The notes beneath the pieces are model-generated. The model was not told the origin of the DNA and did not search any database. It saw nothing but the letters and a program-made list of their open reading frames with translations. Position numbers and translations under genes: made by a program. Source: Octopus bimaculoides (taxonomy: Eukaryota). Taken from it: a stretch of DNA of 62,014 bases. The DNA lies in contig NC_068981.1 in NCBI RefSeq assembly GCF_001194135.2, positions 98,669,776 through 98,731,789 of the forward strand. Direction: 5' to 3'. Positions 1-11,964 of this stretch are shown here, in pieces; the first letter of the stretch is position 1; each line of letters opens with the position of its first letter.

Positions 1-2100
1 ATTCACTTCTACTTCGACTACTCCTCCAACGTGTTCGCACGTTGTTTTTTTTTTCTATTTGGTGGAGGCAACATCAACTCCCGCTTCTAGTTGCCATCCT
101 GCCACCACATTTGTTAACATTGCACCAACTGCCACTCGTTTATTCGGCAATCTGGAGCGGTCCTTATTACTTCTGCAAGTTGCATGCCAAACTAAATTCT
201 TCCGATTCATCATCTTATTCTTTATCCGGTAGGTTATTTAGTAACTCATTCTGCATAAAATTTTTGTTGGTCTCCCCCCCCCCACCGCGCTTTTATGTAT
301 TCCACTGTGGTTGCCTCTTATTATTGTTATATCAATTCAATTCACATGACGCCACTTGATCGAATTATATATAAATATCTAAAAATTAGGGAATGGAGTA
401 GATCCAGGGGAAAAATTCACCTTCTGCACTGAATATTATTGTATCTCAAAATATGCAGTATTATATAGATCCATTTTCTGACTTACGGATTCTTAGACGA
501 TTATATATAGGCGGTCAGTCTCGGAGGTGGGGGGGACTGTGCCAGGTCCGCCTATATATATATATATATATATATTTGTGTGTGTGTCTAAGAAACTATA
601 AGTCAGAAAAAATATGCACTCGTATATTTGTCACTTGAGTGTGTATATTAATCGAAGTACACAATATCGGCTGTAATGGCTCTATAATACTGTGTACTTC
701 GATATATATAATCAACGGTACGCAATAATGAATATTTAAAGAAGAGAGATGATACAATGAAAGAGAAAAATTGAAATTAAGTTAGTACATTTAGCATATA
801 AAAGAAATGTCTCTTTATATTTTCCCTTGTTCGTTGTCATAAAATCAAGAATTCTTGTGTACGAGGAGTCGAATCGTTGTGGAGTCAGGTAAAAAAAAGT
901 TGAAGCGAAAAAGTGGAGCATTGCAAAGTCTACTTAAAATTAAGGGAATTTGAATGGAGATGGCATAAAGATACCTTTATAATCAGCTGGTGAAAAGGCT
1001 TTTGTGATAATTGTATTAGTAATTAACAATATAATGTAACAAATTGACTTTCCATCCTATCCTGTTTTTGCTCCATTCGTGCGGTTCTTTTAATTGGTTT
1101 TCTCCTTAAGAAAAATTAACTTGTATGCAAGAAAAGTGAAAAATCGGTAAAAGGAAAAAAAAATACTGGTGGGGGTGGGGTGGGGGGTGAAAGGGAATAT
1201 TTGCTTACAATCGCCATAAATTTGATGAATAAATGTTTCAAACATTTTACTAGTGTAACCCTTATAAATATATCTTAAACCGTTTGGTCCGCAATCCTTT
1301 TAACCCATGAAGAGTGACGGTTCTTAAATTGACATTGTTGAATTAAACAAGAAAACTATGCTATATCTTTGGTCCAGCTCATGTGAATCTTCTAGATTAT
1401 GCTAATTGTCAACATTCTCTCAAGTACTTTTTTTTTACCTATTCAAATATGTATGTGTGTGTATATATATGTATATAATTTTTTTCTATTTTTCTATATT
1501 CTCCATTCACATTTTCAATAACTGCATCGATCTATTTTTATCGATCTTTATCATTATGTAGACCTTCTTGTTTCGTCATTTACCACGATTATGTTATGGA
1601 CAAAGTAACGCTTCTACAAAAATTCATTAATGAAGAACGACCATTTTTCCCTCACTGGCTTGTGTTTTAGTCAAGATCGCATTTATTAATTAACGTAGGC
1701 CGTGTCTTCCATCAGAAGGTAATGTTGGTCAAGAAGCGATTGTCTTTAGATTAGTATTTAAAGAAAATATTTAATAATGAAAGTGAAATCGATGGCACAC
1801 TCGCGTCGTGGTAGTGAGTGGTGCCTTCGTTTTTGTAATACTTCATAATGTATTCCATTATTTCCTTTTATTTCTATTTTCTTTACCTTTATCACATCAT
1901 GTCTTTCATGCAAACAAATTATAATATTAATTAGGTTCCTTGACCGATTAACATAATTTAACGATTAATTTACCTGTAATTTTTTTCATTTTTATGAGTA
2001 AAATTTTTTTTTAAATCATGGGGAAAAAATGATACGTTATATTTTTGAAAAGAGATGTTGGCGGGATATCGGAATAAGCACCCCCACACTCGGACTATTT
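1..2100. promoter_or_regulatory. CpG-richer region, possible promoter/first exon(s) of DGCR8
   Basis: CG dinucleotides are visibly more frequent than in downstream introns (e.g. tcgcgtcg at 1801). Donor-like sites at 229 (GTAGGT), 1719 (AAG|GTAATG) and 1814 (GTGAGT). Confidence 0.3.
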
Positions 2101-2104
2101 GTTT

Positions 2105-2259
2105 AATATATATATATGTGTGTGTACATGTATGTATATATATGTGTGTGTGTATGTATGTATACATATGTATGTGTGTATGTATATATATATATATATA
2201 TATATCTTAGGCATATATATATATATATATCTTAGACACACATATATATATATATATCT

Positions 2260-2290
<31 letters not shown>

Positions 2291-2903
2291 CTTAGACANN
2301 NNNNNNNNNNNNNNNNNNNNNNNNNNNNNNNNNNNNNNNNNNNNNNNNNNNNNNNNNNNNNNNNNNNNNNNNNNNNNNNNNNNNNNNNNNNNNNNNNNNN
2401 NNNNNNNNNNNNNNNNNNNNNNNNNNNNNNNNNNNNNNNNNNNNNNNNNNNNNNNNNNNNNNNNNNNNNNNNNNNNNNNNNNNNNNNNNNNNNNNNNNNN
2501 NNNNNNNNNNNNNNNNNNNNNNNNNNNNNNNNNNNNNNNNNNNNNNNNNNNNNNNNNNNNNNNNNNNNNNNNNNNNNNNNNNNNNNNNNNNNNNNNNNNN
2601 NNNNNNNNNNNNNNNNNNNNNNNNNNNNNNNNNNNNNNNNNNNNNNNNNNNNNNNNNNNNNNNNNNNNNNNNNNNNNNNNNNNNNNNNNNNNNNNNNNNN
2701 NNNNNNNNNNNNNNNNNNNNNNNNNNNNNNNNNNNNNNNNNNNNNNNNNNNNNNNNNNNNNNNNNNNNNNNNNNNNNNNNNNNNNNNNNNNNNNNNNNNN
2801 NNNNNNNNNNNNNNNNNNNNNNNNNNNNNNNNNNNNNNNNNNNNNNNNNNNNNNNNNNNNNNNNNNNNNNNNNNNNNNNNNNNNNNNNNNNNNNNNNNNN
2901 NNN

Positions 2904-2932
<29 letters not shown>
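2105..2932. repeat. (TA/TG)n microsatellite with repeated (TA)n-CTTAG unit, around an N-gap (2299-2903)
   Basis: Seen directly. Confidence 0.9.
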
Positions 2933-2937
<5 letters not shown>

Positions 2938-5900
2938 TATAAATTTATATTTATGTGTTATTTTCTTTGTGTCAGAATAAATCTTATTTTCAACTCCTTG
3001 TTGCATATATTTTTTTTTAAATGAAATCATATAAATTAGTTAAGAATAGTTTGAAATTAGAGCAAATTCGCTGGAGCTAATTAAGAATTGAAACTCTTCT
3101 CACTGTCAATTGTAGCTCTCTCTAAGCACTGTGGTGAGTAGATCAATGTTTCGAATTTTAATTAAGCTAGTTGCTTTGATATGCAAAGCCATTATATTTT
3201 GCCCTCAACTGTCTGCTGCCTACCATTATCCAATATCGATTATTTATGACATCGAGTTGTCTTCCGTACTTCTTGTTGAATAAAATGTCAGCTATCCGAT
3301 TATATTATTTTTGTATTGGGTACCTTTTTTTATTATATTTTTTAAAAACTCTTCCAACTCAGACCTATAATCAGACATTGAGGCCTTCGTGCCTGTAATA
3401 AAGATTTACCTATAATCAGACATTCTAGTCACGAATTGTTCGTCTTCTATATGCAGGATTATATCATACAATGTTTCCGTTTTAAAATGGTGGAGTGTTG
3501 TGTGAAGGAGATTTGGCTTCTATTTCTAGCATTTTGATCTACTGCTTAGGGATTCTCATAGTTCCGTGATGGTACCTTCAGTTTCTCAGGTGTTAGGAAG
3601 GCTTTTTAGCGCCATTAAATATGTATACTATTCTTAGTGCCATTGAATATTTAATATTTTTCTTATAATTTTTACATTTTTTTAAAAATAGTTTTTTCTT
3701 AAGCCATTTATTTCATTGAGGAAAAATGTCGAGTTGAAAATTTCATTTAAAATTATGTCATTCTTTTTGATTGATTTAATATAGAACTACCATTATTTAG
3801 AAATACATTTGGGTTAGCATATTTTAGAAAATATTAAAAAAATAAACATTTAAGTTGGTAAATTTTGTTGGAAGTGTACAGTTTGTAAGAAAGCAATTCA
3901 AAATGTTTTCGATCTATGATAAAAGTACCTCCATGTAGTTTGTGAAGACTAGTTTTTGGCTAGACCTTCAAGTCTGAAATTAGTACTTTTCACTGTTTTT
4001 TTATCTATTTATTTTTACAATCAGATGTTGAGTTCCAGGTCATCTTATATTTAGGTTCAATGTCAGAATATCAATCAGACATCCTGGTTATGATAATCCA
4101 ATCTATTTCTTTTACTTACTTTTATATGCAGAAGTGGGCACCTTTAATCCGTTAATCGAAAAGTTAACTTCGTTAATCCGTTAATTCTATGAAAATGTAA
4201 CGGAAATTAACGTTAATCCGTTAACTTTTATTGAAAAAAGGCATAACTACAGTTTAATGCCCCACCGACTTTGTTGCTTCATAACTGTCAGAAATATGGA
4301 TACTTTTAAACGAAACTTTCACCAAAAAAAAAATCGCTTATATCCTGTAAATTGAGTATATGTAAAGATTTGTTGGAAAAAAAAAAAATTTGCGAGGGGT
4401 TGAGGAGAGGAATTTCGGAAAATTCACAGGACCCGACATTTTCTCCCTCGTGACTTTCTGGAAAATAGGTATTTTTTAATGAAATTTTATACAAAACCTT
4501 TCNNNNNNNNNNNNNNNNNNNNNNNNNNNNNNNNNNNNATGATGGAAGGCATCTTTTCACAAAAGAAAAAAAGAAAATATTTTGAAAATTTTTTTCACTC
4601 CCGCCACTCCTCACCACTTAAGTCCGAAACGATTTTGGACATTGTTTTTTTCACTACGCACTTAAAACCCGTGAGAGAAACATTTTCTGTTTAAAAAACA
4701 AATTTTAATAATAATTTCAGAGGAAAATTTGTGATTTAAAGGAGATCTGGCTGTTTCTAGCACATCTCCAAATCTCCCTCCTCATTTCTTCCTCACTTAC
4801 ACATCTATTGATATTTTTCATTATTCTTCTCCCCATAAACAAATTTTATGGAATGATGATGTCAAAGTAACACACGGGTAGTCCCAACCGAGTGAGGCCG
4901 TGTTATGTGTGTGTAGGAAAAAAAAACACCTAAAAACATCTACAGTGTTCATACTAACCTGTCAAATGTAATGCTAATTTGTTCACCTTATTTTGAATTA
5001 TTCAGGTTCAAGAGGGGTGTCCACCATATTTGCTTGTAACTTTGTAAATTTTTACATACAGATTTGAAATTTTGTCAGTGGGTGCTTTATATACCACTGG
5101 TTTATAGTTATGTGATTTTAGCTGATCTTATGGGCAGATAAATTTAATTAACGGGCGTAAGAGCAATAACATTATGGATAAACACTAAAATTGAAATTCT
5201 TAATGCATCTTACCTGTTTGACAAAACTTTTGTCACTTTTCAAGATGAGGTACATTAATTTGAATTAATTAAAATACAGGTATAATTGGTACAAGATTTT
5301 ATTCTTTTGGTAAATATTTTGTACCTTGGTGTGGAATCATTTTTTCCACAGTTTTTTTCCGGTGTATTTAACCTCCAAACCTGCTGCAAGCCACTTTTTT
5401 CCAGAAAGGAAAGGTGGGAGGGGTGGTGCAGACTTTCCTCTTGACAGGACAAAGGAATTTCCCTGCTGTCTTTGCAAGCAACAAGCGGGTGGATTTGGTT
5501 TCAAATCCAGGCAGGGCCAAACGAGGTCCTACAAGTTATTTATAATAATAAGTAGCATTATATCAGGGTTGAAAGAATGACACATACGATACTAAATACA
5601 CTAAGGCAATCTGAAAACAATAGAAACTTTTAAACGTATACTGGTTTTTATGAAATTTTTGGATTAACGGACTTGAGTTGGAAGCTAAATGTAACGGAAG
5701 TTAATTAGTCCGATAATGATTTTCAAAGTTAACTTTGGATACACATTTAATGTGTTGTTTTTGTTACTTATAAAGACGAGTCCCAATTGAGATTTGACTG
5801 CCATTCCCAGCAGGTCGAATGACCATGCAAAGACTCCTTTGTTGTGGCATGCAGACATTTTTTTACATGTTTTTCTTTTACTTTTTATCTTTGCTTTACA

Positions 5901-6563
5901 AATGAATTCGATATATAATTTTAGAGGCTTGAAAATACACAAGCAAATTACAGTGCGCCCGCGCATGTATATATATATATTTCCTGTGAAATTCAAAGCT
6001 GGTACCTATTGTTACCTCAGTTAACCTAATCGGTTAACAAACGTTGGATAAAACTAATATTTTAGATAACATTTCTGGTTAAATATACATGCGAAACTCC
6101 TACAATTACACCCTCTTTTCCAAACTAAGTTTTGATTTTTTAATTACAATTAACCTGTGTGTGTGTGTGTGGTAAAATACATATTCTAGGTTTTCATTAA
6201 AATTTTTGTTTTCAAAACAAACCTGCAAACACTTTGTATGATTTCCACTCTAAGACCTTACACTAGTGTTTGTTTTCTCCCTTCTCATACATATACCATT
6301 CTAAGAGTACTGGAGGGTAGCATTACTGTTGCAGTCGTTTTATTTATTTATTTATTTATTTATTTTTATTTTGGGAAAGTAATGTTTCGGTATTAGTACA
6401 TTATATCAGTCATGAGTGACTGTACTAGTGTATGTTTGACTCGAGCGCTATCGAACAGATGAAAGACAATGTCACACTCAGTCATGATGTCATAGACTTT
6501 GATCGAAAGATTGCCAAAAATATTCGGAGTGTAATCTATCTCAAGTGCTTTTGTCATCCTTTA

Positions 6564-6608
<45 letters not shown>

Positions 6609-8307
6609 NNNNNNNNNNNNNNNNNNNNNNNNNNNNNNNNNNNNNNNNNNNNNNNNNNNNNNNNNNNNNNNNNNNNNNNNNNNNNNNNNNNNNNNNNNNN
6701 NNNNNNNNNNNNNNNNNNNNNNNNNNNNNNNNNNNNNNNNNNNNNNNNNNNNNNNNNNNNNNNNNNNNNNNNNNNNNNNNNNNNNNNNNNNNNNNNNNNN
6801 NNNNNNNNNNNNNNNNNNNNNNNNNNNNNNNNNNNNNNNNNNNNNNNNNNNNNNNNNNNNNNNNNNNNNNNNNNNNNNNNNNNNNNNNNNNNNNNNNNNN
6901 NNNNNNNNNNNNNNNNNNNNNNNNNNNNNNNNNNNNNNNNNNNNNNNNNNNNNNNNNNNNNNNNNNNNNNNNNNNNNNNNNNNNNNNNNNNNNNNNNNNN
7001 NNNNNNNNNNNNNNNNNNNNNNNNNNNNNNNNNNNNNNNNNNNNNNNNNNNNNNNNNNNNNNNNNNNNNNNNNNNNNNNNNNNNNNNNNNNNNNNNNNNN
7101 NNNNNNNNNNNNNNNNNNNNNNNNNNNNNNNNNNNNNNNNNNNNNNNNNNNNNNNNNNNNNNNNNNNNNNNNNNNNNNNNNNNNNNNNNNNNNNNNNNNN
7201 NNNNNNNNNNNNNNNNNNNNNNNNNNNNNNNNNNNNNNNNNNNNNNNNNNNNNNNNNNNNNNNNNNNNNNNNNNNNNNNNNNNNNNNNNNNNNNNNNNNN
7301 NNNNNNNNNNNNNNNNNNNNNNNNNNNNNNNNNNNNNNNNNNNNNNNNNNNNNNNNNNNNNNNNNNNNNNNNNNNNNNNNNNNNNNNNNNNNNNNNNNNN
7401 NNNNNNNNNNNNNNNNNNNNNNNNNNNNNNNNNNNNNNNNNNNNNNNNNNNNNNNNNNNNNNNNNNNNNNNNNNNNNNNNNNATATATATATATATATAT
7501 ACATAATGTGTATGTGTATTGGTGACAAATTTTCACCTTCTCAAAATGTTTCTAAATCATAAATTTGCTTTTGTTCATATTTTTATGAATAAATTTTATA
7601 AGACAGCTAATTGAACTAAAAATGGTGATGCCTCAAACATTTTACAAATATGGTAACATGACTCCGCTTCTGCTTATGCTATTACAGGTCTGTCATCATC
7701 TTACTTAAGTTTTGTTGAGTTATCTTTAATTTAAAAAAGAAACTCTCCCCCACTTTTTTTTTTTTTGAGATATGACTGCACAAACTACTCAAGGCTCTGC
7801 AGTGCTATTATACTATAAATATATTTTAGTTATTTCATGTTGTCTGATTTGGTTTGCAGATAAAATTGTGTTGGAATTGATTCTGCTTTAAATTTTGAAG
7901 TGAATAAGTCATAGGATTGATTTAATTGACTTTTCTTCAATTAAATGTGCCTTAACGCTTATTAGTCAAAAGAAAATAAATTGCTAATATTTGATTAAGT
8001 AGGAGAGATGCTCCCAAAGCCTTGTATTCTAACATTGAAAATGTTATTGCTTATCTATTTTTCAGGTAGTGCCAATCTCTTTGTTAGCTGAATATGTTGA
8101 AAAGTTTAATTTCAAGTTGTTAGTTGTTTACTTTTTCAAAATGGAGGCAAATGTTATATCTAGAAAGAAATGAAGCTGCAATGTACCTAATTAGTTGAAT
8201 ATATTATTCTTAATTTTTTTTTATATTCAAATGAATTAAAAGTTTCTCACTGAGACATACATTTGAGCCTTCATTTATGCTGTTTACCTTTAGTCCACTA
8301 TTTTCCA

Positions 8308-8454
8308 TGTTTGTCTCCCCAACATCACTTGACAACCGATGCAAAAGAGACTGATAGAATAAGTACTAGGCTTACAAAGAATAAGTCCTGGGGTCGATTT
8401 GCTCGACTAAAGGCGGTGCTCCAGCATGGCCACAGTCAAATGACTGAAACAAGT
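8308..8454 (+). mobile_element. SINE 3' tail fragment with internal deletion
   Basis: Matches the tail of the copies at 26481-26887 and 58453-58843 (gatagaataagtactaggcttacaaagaataagtcctggggtcg...aaatgactgaaacaagt). Confidence 0.75.
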
Positions 8455-9190
8455 TAAACAGTTAAACCCATTCTATGTCAAAGAAAAACCATATCTATAA
8501 TCTAGTACCTTTGGATTAACTTTGGCAACTTGAACACTTTGGATTTATTCTTAGTTGCAAACATGAACAATACAGCAACTGTCTGCTTAGCAAATTGTCA
8601 ATGTTATGAAAACCTAGTCACATTTGAAATTAGAACTGATTGACTACATATTGAATTTAATATTACCAAAATGTAACATGCACCATAAGGAGTACATATA
8701 TGAGAGAACCCGGTAGGACTAGAATTTGTGGACTCATCATAAATAAATCTATTGATCCTAATAAATCATATAATTAACTACAAATAGATTTCTTTTCAAA
8801 TGGTCTGACAGAATTGTATGACCTGTCTCTACTATCAGCTTTATATTAGGAAAATAATTCAGGATCTAATCAAGTGGAAGTCAAATCAAAACACATCAGT
8901 GAAATATAAATTGTGCTGAGATAATAAATGGGTGGCCTTTCAGAATAGCTATCAGTACCTCATGAGGATGGAAAAAGACATGGAAGGGAAATGGGAAATA
9001 GAAAATTGAAACGCTTTGGGGATAAAATCCTTTCAAAATTGCAATTTTTAGTGCATGGAACACAAAATAAACAAAAACAAAAAAGTAGCCTCCCAATTCT
9101 TTGCCCTTTTCCTCCCCCATAATGTTATAGCCATTCCAAAAGTCTGCCACAAAATGTTGAATGTAGATGTTTTATTCTCTCTCATATATG

Positions 9191-9312
<122 letters not shown>

Positions 9313-9755
9313 NNNNNNNNNNNNNNNNNNNNNNNNNNNNNNNNNNNNNNNNNNNNNNNNNNNNNNNNNNNNNNNNNNNNNNNNNNNNNNNNNNNNNNNN
9401 NNNNNNNNNNNNNNNNNNNNNNNNNNNNNNNNNNNNNNNNNNNNNNNNNNNNNNNNNNNNNNNNNNNNNNNNNNNNNNNNNNNNNNNNNNNNNNNNNNNN
9501 NNNNNNNNNNNNNNNNNNNNNNNNNNNNNNNNNNNNNNNNNNNNNNNNNNNNNNNNNNNNNNNNNNNNNNNNNNNNNNNNNNNNNNNNNNNNNNNNNNNN
9601 NNNNNNNNNNNNNNNNNNNNNNNNNNNNNNNNNNNNNNNNNNNNNNNNNNNNNNNNNNNNNNNNNNNNNNNNNNNNNNNNNNNNNNNNNNNNNNNNNNNN
9701 NNNNNNNNNNNNNNNNNNNNNNNNNNNNNNNNNNNNNNNNNNNNNNNNNNNNNNN

Positions 9756-9793
<38 letters not shown>

Positions 9794-11748
9794 AGCAAGT
9801 CTTTATATTTTGATTTGTTTTCAGTAATTCCAAATTGAAATCTCTTTGAACATTGTTTTCTGTTTGCCTTTCTAAAGATTATTTGAAGCATCTTAGAATA
9901 CTGTAATTATTTTTATAGCTGTTTTTAAGCCTTGAGATGTGATTAGACAATATTTCTGCTTGAATCCACATTAATTTTGCAGTACATAATCAAATGTCAT
10001 ATTTATAGCAGTTAGTGCCTAAATCTTAAATAATGTTTTTATACGTTAGATTTTCATGAACAGTAAGAAGTTTGAATTGTTATAAGTATTTTAAAACTTT
10101 ATACATATGACTTTAACTACTGTGGATGTATCGAAGTTTAAACTCAAGCTCTTGTTTTTTAAATCCCAAAATGTTAATTATCTTTTATTGCTTTATTTGT
10201 AAACCAAAAAGACACTTTTATATCTTATTCTATGAAATTTCTGGTTATTTTCAATGGAAAGTTTTCAAAGTTCTGTTTACTATTTTTTAATCAGGAAGTG
10301 TCAATGTATAGCTTAATGGCCATTTTAGTACTTAATTTGATTTCAGTTATCCTTTGTGTAGAAAGTTATTTCTTCATAACATTTTTTTCTTTATGTGGTT
10401 TAAGAGTTGTTGCTAAGTCTTTGGTTTTGTCTTTATAAATCAATTTCTTGCCTGTTTAAAGCATACTGAGAAGAATTTTCATATCTGATGTGGTTTAGTA
10501 TTCATGTGAATCAGTGACTGTGGTTAAGGTACTGGGCTTTGAGCCCAGAATGTTCTGTTGCTTAGACCTCATTGCATTTGCTTCTGTAAACCTAGCTGAA
10601 AATATGTACCATGTCCACTTCATAGTTGGATATTAACGTATTCAGTCGGTGCCAATATTTTAATTCGTAGAAACATCTGTTAGCATGGTAAAAGGTTTTC
10701 TATTGAATTTGAAGGAAAACAACAGCATGAACATGAATTAGATTTTATAAAAATAGAACGTGTAGTATTAACTATTATAAAGTGTTTTTAAAGGTTTGTT
10801 TTCTTTTATGTCAGTTATCTAAATTAAAACTCATTACTAAGTAGAAATTTAATCATTCACCACTCTCTATTTAATCTTTATACTTTTCTTTCTCCTTACT
10901 CTCAAATTTTTGATATTACTAAAAGCATAACAACTATATGTTTGTTCAATTTTCTATTGTGCTGTTTGAAAATTTGGTTTGAAGTAGAAATTTCTATGTA
11001 ATAAAATTCTTAAATAAGTTAATTAGGGATGCTGATAGTTTGAAAATGTAACACCAACTTTTTCATGTTTCTTAATAAAAAAAAAATTATTTTGCAAGTT
11101 TATGAATTATATTTAAACTGATTTCAATGTTTCTAAGATATGTATGATTGTTACTATTATGTATTCCACTCAATATATATTCAGAAGTATTATTTCTTTG
11201 AAGTTTCACATGGATGAAGATGCACAAATTATCTATTTTATGGTTTCTTGATGAAAATAGTTCAGCCGCATGTGCAAACTTGTTTATCTACATCAGGTTA
11301 AATTGGATCGTTATCAATGAAGAAGTCTCATTTTTTTTTTATTATTCACTGAAACTCTAATATATATTTATATATACATATATATATATATACATGTATG
11401 TATATATATATATATACATATGTGTATATAAATACATAATGTAAATCTCAAAAAATTTTGCATTCCAGTTTCTGTTATTTGCACATGTTGATATAAATGC
11501 ATGCAAACACTATTTTGTTAAACTAGTTATTGAGATTAAGATGAGCCATGCCAAATCAGTTTGATCTTAGTGATTTGTGATATTTGCCTTCTTACAGAAG
11601 TCTTACCCTATTAGCTATAGTCACTGTTAATTCCACTAACTATTAATGTAACTCTTAATTCATTGATGATCATGTAGCACCATGCTTATTTACTGATTAT
11701 CATTGTTATTCAGGGTTGTACTTCGGCATCTGACGACCAGGGTACTCT

Positions 11749-11847
11749 ATGCTTGAAGTGCATAGCGAAGTATGCTAGTAAGACTGATGACTTTTTGTCT
11801 CTGCTCTCAGACTTACTGGCGTGCGTATCGCCATTCACTGTTGTCAT
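11749..11847 (+). ncRNA. pri-miRNA-like hairpin HP1 (candidate Drosha substrate)
   Basis: Manual pairing of arms 11757-11787 and 11807-11839, including 13 contiguous pairs (11770-11782 with 11812-11824, G:U allowed) and a 19-nt apical loop. Confidence 0.5.
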
Positions 11848-11878
11848 CTGGTCCGGCAGAGGCGAGGGCTGTCACACA

Positions 11879-11964
11879 TTGCACTCTCCTCTTGACCATG
11901 GTCGAGCCGGGTAGATTCTGTTATAACCCACCCCTTGACTTTCTGGTCATGTAGGAGGTCGCAA
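11879..11964 (+). ncRNA. pri-miRNA-like hairpin HP2 (candidate Drosha substrate)
   Basis: Manual pairing gives about 29 bp: TTGC/GCAA, TCTCCT/AGGAGG, TGACCA/TGGTCA, GGTCGAG/CTTGACT, GGGT/ACCC. Confidence 0.42.

Noticed and set aside
42-359. 105-aa ORF at the window start, and a 52-aa minus-strand ORF in the same region
   Set aside because: No recognisable domain or coding-like pattern; more likely UTR or promoter sequence.
4128-4270. Cluster of TTAATCCGTTAA motifs, with related motifs near 5665 and 6030
   Set aside because: Probably subterminal repeats of a decayed DNA transposon, but I could not define TIRs or a TSD.
11664-11733. Possible box C/D snoRNA (TGATGA at 11664, CTGA at 11730)
   Set aside because: No terminal stem, no convincing contiguous rRNA-complementary guide, and it straddles the candidate splice acceptor.
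11749-11964. Homology of HP1/HP2 to miR-1306 or miR-3618
   Set aside because: No sequence similarity that I can see; only positional and structural analogy is claimed.
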